Positions 8,745-16,113 of a stretch of 29,088 nucleotides of DNA are shown piece after piece. The notes beneath the pieces are model-generated. The model was given only the letters and a program-made list of their open reading frames with translations. It was not told the DNA's origin and ran no database searches. This DNA comes from Candidatus Iainarchaeum sp. (GTDB lineage: Archaea > Iainarchaeota > Iainarchaeia > Iainarchaeales > GCA-2688035). Numbering within the stretch: position 1 is the stretch's first letter; each line of letters opens with the position of its first letter. The stretch is taken from the NCBI GenBank assembly GCA_017610175.1, contig JAFCCO010000016.1, positions 1 through 29,088 of the forward strand, given 5' to 3'. The translations under genes and the position numbers were made by a program.

Positions 8745-11057
8745 ATGCAGAAAAACAAGCTTTTAGCGGCTTATGTGGTGATATTTGCCGTTTTAGCAAT
8801 AGCGGCCGCATCCTCTTTTTTCTGGGGCTCAATGGCCCCAAAAGACCCAAGGGCAGAGGTTTTCCTGGGCAGTTTTGACAAAGAAGTTGCACTCGGGGAA
8901 AAAGCATGCGTTTACACCAGAATGAATTCAGGATACGGCTCCAAAACCATAATTTCGTACAGGGTTATTGCAAACAACACAGTTGTCGACAATCAGGAGT
9001 TTGACATCACAAACTATTCAGGCATGGAAACATGCATCCCTGCAGAAGCGCTCTTGCTTGGAGACAATTTTGTGGAGGTGTTTGTCGGAGGGGACAGGCT
9101 GTTCTACCACTTGCAGGTTTCAAAAACCGTTGAAGAAAAGCTTCCGGTTGTTTCAGCTTCGTTTGAGGGGGATGAAAAACTGAAAGTTAGGGTTGAGGAA
9201 AACGACGCACTCAAATATGCCCCGATTGAAATTTATGTAAACGACGAACTCGACCACAGGGTTTACTTTGAGGGGGAAACCTTTGAGTCGGTTGAGAGAA
9301 TTGAATTGCGCGATGGGGAAAACAGAGTAGAGGTTTTATTCAAAGGAGAAGGTGTTTCGCTCAAGGTGGAGAAGCCCGCAAAGTTTGCAATGAACCCGCT
9401 GCTTGGAATCTCAATAATTGCGGCGTTGCTTTTTGTGTTTGCATTAGGAGTCTTTGCAGCAAAGCCGTTCCTTGAAAAAGTCGCTTACAGCACGCTTTCG
9501 GTCTTTGCAATTCTGATGGCTGAATTTTTCCTGCTGAATGTTGTGGGAATTCTTTCAGCGGCAAATTTTGCTATTGCAATAGCACTTACAACAATCGCAC
9601 TGGCAATCGCTTTCAGAAAAGAATTCGCAAAAAACAGCCTGACCAAAGAAGAGGGCCTTGCAGCACTGAAAAAGATCTCGCCCTTTGCCCTGCTGCTTAT
9701 CGCGATACTCCTCTTCTCTTCATTTGCCTTCAATTTCTTCACAAGCTCGTACTACAGCGACTGGACCTCTTTTTATGAGAGGCAAAGCAAAACCATTACA
9801 GGGATTGAACAGATTCCTGAAACAGATTCGTTTAGCTTTCTTGGAACAAAACCGTTCGGGTACATTTCAGGATACTTCTTTGTGAATTCCGGAGTTTCCT
9901 GGCTAACCGGCCTTGCAACACAGCAGAGCTATGCGATGATAATGCTGATTGCGCAGGCGGCATTCCTTGCAACAGCCCTTCTTTTCTTCCGCTCATACAA
10001 TTTTGACGGCAAAAGAAGCTATATCGCACTGCTCGCCCTTTTCCTCGGAGGATTTGTATTCAGCGACTTCAGCTTTAACATCAGGCACGTGATAAGTTAT
10101 TCTTTCCTGCTTCTTGCGGCAACGCAAATGAGAAAGGGAAAGGCGCTTCCTGCAGCCATAGCTCTTGGGCTTGGAACATTTGTTCAGACCCCTGTGTTCC
10201 TGATGTTTATTGCAATGATTCCGCTTACAGTAACAAAGAAGAAAATGCTAAAGGCGTTTGGAAAAACGGCGATTGGAGGCGCAATTCTTGCGCTTGTTTT
10301 GTTTGCCCCAACACTGCTCAGCTCCGGCCTGCCCACCCAGGCAGAGTACAATGTGTGGGGCTATATGTGGGCAATCCCGTTCTACGGGTTCTTCCTCGAT
10401 TACCTGCCGCTTCTTGTGCTAATCAGCCTGTTCATAGTCCCGTTCCTTGCAACAAAAGAAGTAAAGTTTGACAGGCTTTCAGCGCGGATGCTGCTGTTCC
10501 TTGCGCTGTTTGTCGCAATCCAGCTGACAATTTCTTACAGAATAAACGTTGTCGCAACAATTGCCTTTGCGCTCGTTGTTGGAATGCTTTTTCCAAAGCG
10601 CGTGATTGAAAACAGGCTCAGCGCCTATTCACTGGGAGCATTAATTGGGGTGACACTTATGCTGATGTTTTTGCTGATAACCAGCTTCTACCCAGTCCCG
10701 CAGTCCGCTCAAAACGCTTTTGCATTTGTTAAAACAAACACCTCAACAGAGGCAAACTTCCTGAACGAGCCCTACATTGGGCACGACTTCATTTTCCTTG
10801 CCGAGAGAAAAGCACTCTCAGACCTTGCCGTAGAGTACGCTGACGCAGAAATGATTCAGGACAGCTTTGAATTCATCAAAACAGGCAACAGGCAAATTTT
10901 ATCCAAATACGACATTGACTACGTTGTGAACAGATCCATTTTCTTAAGCGAAAAGCCGGTCGGAAACAATTTGTGGCACGAACTGCTTGAGTATGAGGAA
11001 CTTGACAAGATTTACTCAAACGGGCTTTTCTTCGTGCACCGCGTTGAAAAGAATTAG
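8745..11057 (+). CDS. Large polytopic membrane protein, GT-C glycosyltransferase-like
   Basis: N-terminal anchor, beta-rich extracellular region, more than 10 TM segments, and a soluble C-terminal domain with AFAFVKTNT...LSKYDIDYV as in PMT/STT3-like proteins. Start taken as ATG 8745. Confidence 0.7.
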   Translation: MQKNKLLAAYVVIFAVLAIAAASSFFWGSMAPKDPRAEVFLGSFDKEVALGEKACVYTRMNSGYGSKTIISYRVIANNTVVDNQEFDITNYSGMETCIPAEALLLGDNFVEVFVGGDRLFYHLQVSKTVEEKLPVVSASFEGDEKLKVRVEENDALKYAPIEIYVNDELDHRVYFEGETFESVERIELRDGENRVEVLFKGEGVSLKVEKPAKFAMNPLLGISIIAALLFVFALGVFAAKPFLEKVAYSTLSVFAILMAEFFLLNVVGILSAANFAIAIALTTIALAIAFRKEFAKNSLTKEEGLAALKKISPFALLLIAILLFSSFAFNFFTSSYYSDWTSFYERQSKTITGIEQIPETDSFSFLGTKPFGYISGYFFVNSGVSWLTGLATQQSYAMIMLIAQAAFLATALLFFRSYNFDGKRSYIALLALFLGGFVFSDFSFNIRHVISYSFLLLAATQMRKGKALPAAIALGLGTFVQTPVFLMFIAMIPLTVTKKKMLKAFGKTAIGGAILALVLFAPTLLSSGLPTQAEYNVWGYMWAIPFYGFFLDYLPLLVLISLFIVPFLATKEVKFDRLSARMLLFLALFVAIQLTISYRINVVATIAFALVVGMLFPKRVIENRLSAYSLGALIGVTLMLMFLLITSFYPVPQSAQNAFAFVKTNTSTEANFLNEPYIGHDFIFLAERKALSDLAVEYADAEMIQDSFEFIKTGNRQILSKYDIDYVVNRSIFLSEKPVGNNLWHELLEYEELDKIYSNGLFFVHRVEKN

Positions 11058-11121
11058 GATTGGGTTAAAACCTTTTGGGGGAGCTATTAACTCTTTTGGC
11101 TAATGCCTCTGCAGAGGCTTG

Positions 11122-11475
11122 TTACCTTTTCTTTCTTTTGAATCTTTTGTCGTAATCGGAATGAGGTTCCATTACCAGGATAAAGCAGAATATTTCTATT
11201 TCTTGCCGCCTGATTGTGTATAGCATTCACCAGTAGCGTGCAAGCATAAGCTTGAACAGGTTGTCCACATCAAGCTCGTTTGGAATGTCTTTCTTTCTGA
11301 CGACTTCTCCAATAAGAGGGTTTTCTTTCAGCCACTCGATTTTTTGGTCAATGGAACTAAGGAGCGTGGCATTTTCTGAACTGTTGACTCCTTTTGATTT
11401 CTCTTGCTTAACCGTCTCTTTTAGCTTGTTGTATTCTTCAAGCGCTTGCCCAATAAACCTAACCCTTGCGTTCAC
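11122..11475 (-). pseudogene. RelE/ParE-like toxin interrupted by an in-frame TGA
   Basis: The frame continues past TGA 11227-11229: ...LKENPLIG...NLFKLMLARYW*MLYTIRRQEIEIFCFILVMEPHSDYDKRFKRKKR* (TAA 11122-11124). This gives a 117-codon RelE-like pattern. 4-nt overlap with the upstream gene. Confidence 0.75.
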
Positions 11476-11741
11476 ACTTCAACGCTTTCCTTAAGCCAGT
11501 TCTCCATTTTTGCCGGTGGAGTATAAGTCCAAATCACACCTTTTTCGCTATCCAAGACCATGCCTCTTTTTTCAAGATATGCGAGTATCGTATTCAGACT
11601 TTGTCTCATTATCTTTTTTTTTGCCCTCTTCATTATCCCATACCTAGACAAAGGCTCTTTTGCTTTCTTCAGTATGTCCTCAACCATAAGAACGGTTTTG
11701 AGCGTCGGGTAATGCAAAACCTGAACAGTTTTTGTAGCCAT
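11472..11741 (-). CDS. Small wHTH-like protein, putative antitoxin
   Basis: 89 aa (HYPTLKTVLMVE...LNTILAYLEKRGMV...GVIWT), coupled to the toxin-like gene by a GTGA overlap. Confidence 0.7.
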   Translation of the reverse strand: MATKTVQVLHYPTLKTVLMVEDILKKAKEPLSRYGIMKRAKKKIMRQSLNTILAYLEKRGMVLDSEKGVIWTYTPPAKMENWLKESVEV

Positions 11742-11752
11742 AAAAAAAAAAC

Positions 11753-11790
11753 ACCTATAAATTTATTACCTATAATATACTTATTACCTA
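11753..11790. promoter_or_regulatory. Direct repeats upstream of the putative TA operon (candidate autoregulatory operator)
   Basis: ACCTA at 11753, 11768 and 11786. TTATTACCTA at 11763 and 11781. ACCTATAA occurs twice. Confidence 0.5.
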
Positions 11791-11849
11791 AGAGTTTTTA
11801 AAAGTTTCTGAATTATTACAACGCGGTGTTTACACTAAACAAAAAAAAA

Positions 11850-11921
11850 TGGGCCTGGGCGGAATTGAACCGCCGATCTTCGCCATGTGAAGGCGACATC
11901 ATACCACTAGACCACAGGCCC
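11850..11921 (-). tRNA. tRNA-Val(CAC)
   Basis: GGGCCTG/CAGGCCC acceptor stem, TCGCC-TT CAC AT-GGCGA anticodon arm, GGTTCAATTCC T-arm, discriminator A, no CCA. A T-run follows. Confidence 0.97.
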
Positions 11922-11947
11922 CCTAAACTATTGAGTTTGGGGGAATG

Positions 11948-11953
11948 TTTAAA
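11948..11953. promoter_or_regulatory. Palindromic TATA box probably shared by the divergent tRNA-Val and 11980 genes
   Basis: TTTAAA lies 27-32 nt from both the tRNA 5' end (11921) and ATG 11980. Confidence 0.5.
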
Positions 11954-11979
11954 TACTATTATGGAGCTATTTTATCCAA

Positions 11980-13014
11980 ATGACTACACAAAGGTTTCTT
12001 TTGGCAATTGCATTAATCCTGCTCGCCTGCTCTGTGCAGGCACTCGAACTTGACGCACCGCAGAAGGTCCCACTGAACAGCGCTTTTTCCGTACTGGCCC
12101 AGTTTGACGAACTTGAATCATTCAATATCGCAGAAGTGAAATTGAATGGGGAAACAATAATCTCATTTTACACAGGGCAAGGAACCATAAAAAAGATTCA
12201 CATTGAGGCGGTTAACTCGGCAAAGGTTCTCAACCTGTACAATGGAGACGAAATAGACAGCACAATGCTGAACATAATGTTTGCCGGCTTCAAGGGAGAG
12301 GGCGAGAACCAAATCGAGGTTGAGGAAATCGGCAAGGCAAAAAAGTCCGCAGTGGTCAGGGCTTTCGCGGTCCTTCCAACAACCTTTAGGGACGATTACA
12401 GGGAAGAGTTTGACCGGCTGAAAAACGAAACACAGGTTTACGCAACAGATATTGAATCAGTCAAGGCAAAGCTTGAAGAGGTAAGAACAATTGCCTCCGG
12501 AAAGGCGAGCCAGCAGGAGCTCACCCAAAGCATTGACGAGCTCTCAGGACTGCTTGCAGGGCTTGAAACAGATGTCTCAACAAAGGCGGGACTGGACGAT
12601 GTACAGCAAACCTTTTTGGCAATGCAGAGCAAAATGGACGAGCAAAAGGGACTGCTTGGGCAGCTGCAGGAAGAAACAGAGAACTTTACCTCAACAGGAT
12701 TCATTTCGCTTGGAGCAGTTGCAAGCGACCCGAGAATGGGAATATTCGGGGCAATAATTGCAGTAGTTATTATTGCGGCATTTGTTGCAAAGGGAAGGAT
12801 TCCAATTCCAAAAATGCCGAAGATAAAGAAAAAGGAAGAGGAAAGCATTTACATCCCGTCAAAGCAGGACGAGGAACTTACGGCGCAGGTTCTTGATGAA
12901 GCCGCAAACGGCGACGATTCGTCCGGAAAGTGGGCATTTAAGGGCGGCGGATGGAAACCCGAGAAAACAAAGGCGCATAAATCAAGCCTTGGCGACTTCA
13001 TCAAAAGAGACTAA
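11980..13014 (+). CDS. Hypothetical membrane protein (signal peptide, beta domain, coiled-coil stalk, TM)
   Basis: 344 aa with a signal-like N-terminus, heptad region, TGFISL before TM GIFGAIIAVVIIAAFVA. Confidence 0.8.
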   Translation: MTTQRFLLAIALILLACSVQALELDAPQKVPLNSAFSVLAQFDELESFNIAEVKLNGETIISFYTGQGTIKKIHIEAVNSAKVLNLYNGDEIDSTMLNIMFAGFKGEGENQIEVEEIGKAKKSAVVRAFAVLPTTFRDDYREEFDRLKNETQVYATDIESVKAKLEEVRTIASGKASQQELTQSIDELSGLLAGLETDVSTKAGLDDVQQTFLAMQSKMDEQKGLLGQLQEETENFTSTGFISLGAVASDPRMGIFGAIIAVVIIAAFVAKGRIPIPKMPKIKKKEEESIYIPSKQDEELTAQVLDEAANGDDSSGKWAFKGGGWKPEKTKAHKSSLGDFIKRD

Positions 13015-13205
13015 TTTTTTTGGTCCGCAACAAAGGCTTCAACACTTCTGTCATAAGAGGCTTCTGCATCTTTACTGAAAAAGCACGCGGGAATCTCACC
13101 TCTCGCACGGTAGTATGAAACGCAGTCACAGCACACACCCCTTCTTGAGCAGAAGTAAGTGCAGGCGCAATTAGCCATATTTTCGGATTTTTTGCATTCA
13201 GCCAT
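13011..13205 (-). CDS. Small Cys-rich protein (DUF6485-like)
   Basis: EC...NCACTY.CSRRGVCCDCV.YY...EIPACFF...YDRSVE.F pattern. Confidence 0.8.
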   Translation of the reverse strand: MAECKKSENMANCACTYFCSRRGVCCDCVSYYRARGEIPACFFSKDAEASYDRSVEAFVADQKN

Positions 13206-13249
13206 AAAAAATAAGGCTGGATGAAAGTATTTTAAACAGAAGCAACTAA

Positions 13250-13891
13250 ATGAATCTGGTTAAAATGGCTATTTTAGATGTAACAAGTTCGCTGGGACTG
13301 GGTATTGAAAAGATTTACGGAACCGTTGCAGGGGCCCTGCCAGGACTTATATTTGTGATGGCAACTATTTTTGCAGCATACATTACAATTTACATAATAC
13401 AGAGAACGCTTAAGAAAATTCTTGCAAAGGTTGACTTCAACCCCGACCTAGAGTATCTTGCGTACAGAGCGGTTGGATGGATTGCATGGTTCTTTGTTCT
13501 CGTGTGGCTCGTTGGCCAGCTTGGGCAGGACGAAATCTTCGCAAGCCTGATTGCGGGCGGAACACTTGCAGGGCTTGCAGTGGCTCTCGCAGTAAAGGAC
13601 AGCCTTGCAGATGTTGTAGGGGGAATCCTTCTCCTCGGCGACAAGCACTTTGACCTAAATGACCGGGTAAAGACAGCAGGGGTTGAAGGGGAAATCATTG
13701 AGGTTGACCTGAGGAAGACCCGCATCAAAAGCGATGACGGAATAATCCACATTGTCCCCAACGCAAAGATTGACAAAGGCGGATGGGCACTCTACCCCCG
13801 CACAGTTAAAAGGGAAAGGTTTATTTCCAAAATTAAGAAAACCGCCAAAACAGTCGGCGGAATTGCGGTAAAGAAGCGAATTGAAGTCTGA
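13250..13891 (+). CDS. mscS: Small-conductance mechanosensitive channel
   Basis: GLAVALAVKDSLADVVGGILLL...F...DRV...GEIIEVDLRKT...IVPN. Alternative start at ATG 13265. Confidence 0.9.
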   Translation: MNLVKMAILDVTSSLGLGIEKIYGTVAGALPGLIFVMATIFAAYITIYIIQRTLKKILAKVDFNPDLEYLAYRAVGWIAWFFVLVWLVGQLGQDEIFASLIAGGTLAGLAVALAVKDSLADVVGGILLLGDKHFDLNDRVKTAGVEGEIIEVDLRKTRIKSDDGIIHIVPNAKIDKGGWALYPRTVKRERFISKIKKTAKTVGGIAVKKRIEV

Positions 13892-13921
13892 AATCTATTT
13901 TTTTAAATTATGCAAAACAAA

Positions 13922-13967
13922 TGCGGGAGGGAGGATTCGAACCCCCGAACGCACTAAGCCGACCCCT
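13922..13967 (-). pseudogene. Orphan 3' half of a tRNA-Leu-like gene
   Basis: AGGGG-TCGGCTTAGTGCGTTC-GGGGG TTCGAAT CCTCC-CTCCCGC-A: long variable arm, intact T-arm, acceptor 3' strand and discriminator A. No D-arm or anticodon upstream. Confidence 0.75.
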
Positions 13968-13985
13968 AGAAATTAACAAAATAAA

Positions 13986-14104
13986 TGCACGAGCCAGGAT
14001 TCGAACCTGGGAACGCACTAAGCGACTGGCTGATTCAACGAAAAAACAATAATTGCTTATTTCCTTCCTAAAGCCAGCGGATTTGTCCACTTTCCTACTC
14101 GTGC
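13986..14104 (-). tRNA. tRNA-Leu(TAG) with a 35-nt intron at 37/38
   Basis: GCACGAG/CTCGTGC acceptor, GGA/TCC D-stem, CTGGC-TT TAG G^A-GCCAG anticodon arm, long variable arm, CCAGG TTCGAAT CCTGG T-arm, discriminator A. Mature length 84 nt without CCA. Confidence 0.93.
14032..14066 (-). other. Archaeal tRNA intron with a bulge-helix-bulge(-like) motif
   Basis: 4-bp helix UUUA/UGAA flanked by 3-nt bulges GG|A and UC|A. Internal hairpin AAUAA-GCAA-UUAUU. Confidence 0.85.
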
Positions 14105-15030
14105 AGAATAAATCCAAGATTTGGATTGTTCTTATAGAAATATAATCCATAATAGCTTTTATTATATTTTCTATTGACCCATTCGTCTTTGTAAACTCTT
14201 ATATCGAAGTCTTTCAACAATTGCCAAACTTGGTCACAGAATAACTTTGAAGCCAAGGTCAAACCAAAACCCCCTGACCTCTTGCCACCATCAGTATCAA
14301 ATACCCCCTCCAAAAAAGCCTGTCGAATGTTTTTGTTGAATTTCTTGATTAAGTCAGGGACAACAATTATGTGTGATTTTTTGCCGCGAGGAATACTTAA
14401 AAAGGTAGTGAAAATGCGAACTGCCGGCTTATTCTGACAACAACACAAATGCCTAATTTTACCCCTGTCCAATCTTTCACGCAAGCTCAACTTGTGTTCA
14501 AATATTCGCCCTATAGCGGCAATGAACTTTAAGGTCAACCATCGCTCAGACACCTCAAATGAGATGTTATAGGCGTTCTTTCTAATATGCCCATCACCCA
14601 ATATTGCGCCAGTCAGATACGCTAAGTCAGTTCCGATAGTGTGAGGCATTCTAAAAGGTCGGGCACTTGTTGAGCAAAAGAAATCACAGTTTTCAATCAA
14701 ATCATTAACCTCTTTTTCAAACCCAAACATTTTCAGCTGCTTCAGCGCAATCAAAGGAATTGACGCTTTGCCAAGAAACCAATCAACGTACGCACGTGGA
14801 GAAAAATAGTAACCAGTCGACTTTATCCAGTCAACTTTCCAAGTTCTGCTCACGTTCGCTTTAAGCTGCGTATTAACTTTGCGCAAAAATGTGTTCACCT
14901 TAATCGCTTGTTCCAAGCGCAACTTATTAGAAGTCTTGGCGAACCGCGGCACAACACTGTAAACCCTCAGCAGCTTCCTCACGCTCGTATCCTCAGCCGG
15001 GTCGTGCAGTTCGAGCAGGTTGAATTTCAT
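14095..15030 (-). CDS. Free-standing LAGLIDADG-family homing endonuclease (two motifs, N-terminal extension)
   Basis: LAYLTGAILGDG and AFLEGVFDTDG motifs plus IPRGKKSH..VVP. ATG 15030 follows GGGAG, giving 311 aa. No intein splice termini seen. Confidence 0.9.
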   Translation of the reverse strand: MKFNLLELHDPAEDTSVRKLLRVYSVVPRFAKTSNKLRLEQAIKVNTFLRKVNTQLKANVSRTWKVDWIKSTGYYFSPRAYVDWFLGKASIPLIALKQLKMFGFEKEVNDLIENCDFFCSTSARPFRMPHTIGTDLAYLTGAILGDGHIRKNAYNISFEVSERWLTLKFIAAIGRIFEHKLSLRERLDRGKIRHLCCCQNKPAVRIFTTFLSIPRGKKSHIIVVPDLIKKFNKNIRQAFLEGVFDTDGGKRSGGFGLTLASKLFCDQVWQLLKDFDIRVYKDEWVNRKYNKSYYGLYFYKNNPNLGFILHE

Positions 15031-15041
15031 TTGTCTCCCGC

Positions 15042-15350
15042 TTAAGAGAGGGTTCTGCTTTTTAACTGGCTTTGGAAAGAGAGGGTTTCCACTGTCCACG
15101 GGAGCCACATCCCGAGGGCAAGACCGATTAGAAAGCCGTAGAGTATTTTGATTAGAGTGTGTTGTTGCTGGTCGAAGCCGTAGGCGCCAAGCAAAAGCAC
15201 CGGCAGGATTAAAAAAAAAGGAAAAGAAGGCCGCTGCTGTAACTTTCACAGTGACCACTCGTTCCGCAGATTCTTGCAGAGTTCTTTAAGAGAGAAGCCT
15301 TCCCCGAAGGGACTGCCTCTTGATTCTGAAAATTTTTGCGAAAAACTCAA
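15042..15350 (-). pseudogene. Probable small 2-TM membrane protein gene with an internal TGA
   Basis: RBS GGAGGTG (15363-15357), TTG 15350, MSFSQKF...NEWSL*KLQQRPSFPFFLILPVLLLG...LIKILYGFLIGLALGMWLPW...RTLS* with TGA at 15246-15248. Confidence 0.5.
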
Positions 15351-15526
15351 ACGAACCACCTCCAAAAAGAATGAATTTTTTTCGTGAACGTCTCTGCTGC
15401 TTTTGGAGGCATTAAACCCTTTGCGCCGAGTGCAACAAGGCCAAAGGTTTAAGCCGAGAAAAGCAGAGTCCTGAGAAAAAATTCTACTTGGAGGGGGAGA
15501 GTTTGCAACAACAGGTGACCTTTCAC
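15347..15526 (-). pseudogene. Possible small membrane protein gene with an internal TAA
   Basis: GTGA overlap with the rdgB stop and TTGA overlap with the next start. MKGHLLLQTLPLQVEFFLRTLLFSA*TFGLVALGAKGL...FWRWFV* with TAA at 15449-15451. Confidence 0.35.
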
Positions 15527-16110
15527 TCAATCGATTCGACCAGTTCGTCGAGTGCTTTTTCCTTTAGCCACTTTCCAAACTTTGCGGCGGCTAGCCCGCG
15601 CTGGTTGATTAATGCGCGCTTTTTCAGGGGCAGATTGATTAGCACATCTGTTTCCCCTTTGGGAATGAATATTCTGTTGTATGGAAGGCCTCTCTTTTTT
15701 GGCTTGAAGACCTTTTCTGTAATTTCGCCTTTCATTGAAGCCTCAAAGCACTTCAGGTTGTCGGGCGAGTCGATGTAGCAGATTACTGTTTTAAATTCCG
15801 CCTTCCTGCTTTTACCCTGAAGAAGGCGGAATATTCCGTCGTAGTTGAGCGCAATAAACATTTTCTTTGCGTCTGTTCCGGGAAAGTTTTTGTAGGCGTC
15901 AAAGTACATGCCGGTGTCATCCACTATAAGCGGCTCCCTGAACTTTTCAAACGCCTGCCTTACCTTTCCGACTGCAATCTCTTCCAGCGAGTCGCTTGGG
16001 AACTCAACCATTTCAAACTCCCTGTGTTTCAATTCAACCCCAAACGGCTTGAGCGCAACCTGGAGCTGTTCAAACTTGTGCTTGTTGGTGGAAACGAACA
16101 GAAGAGACAT
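15523..16110 (-). CDS. rdgB: Non-canonical purine NTP pyrophosphatase (RdgB/HAM1)
   Basis: FVSTNKHK, LIVDDTG, FPG..AK and IFIPKG. The C-terminal SHR motif reads NQR. Confidence 0.9.
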   Translation of the reverse strand: MSLLFVSTNKHKFEQLQVALKPFGVELKHREFEMVEFPSDSLEEIAVGKVRQAFEKFREPLIVDDTGMYFDAYKNFPGTDAKKMFIALNYDGIFRLLQGKSRKAEFKTVICYIDSPDNLKCFEASMKGEITEKVFKPKKRGLPYNRIFIPKGETDVLINLPLKKRALINQRGLAAAKFGKWLKEKALDELVESIE

Positions 16111-16113
16111 TGT

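Noticed and set aside
11826-12053. 75 aa ORF on the plus strand
   Set aside because: Antisense to tRNA-Val and overlapping the real 11980 gene.
13922-14030. attL/attR direct repeat of an integrated element
   Set aside because: The two tRNA 3' ends differ in both stems, lie only about 18 nt apart, and no integrase is present.
13908-14150. 80 aa ORF on the minus strand
   Set aside because: Spurious translation across the tRNA and the tRNA half.
15031-15258. N-terminal 76 aa of the 387 aa ORF call for the LAGLIDADG gene
   Set aside because: Low-plausibility sequence. ATG 15030 has an RBS, and another frame explains this region better.
15049-15472. RNase P RNA, SRP RNA or group I/II intron
   Set aside because: No GAGGAAAGUCC/ACAGAA P4 elements, no SRP helix-8 motif, and no convincing P7 or domain V.
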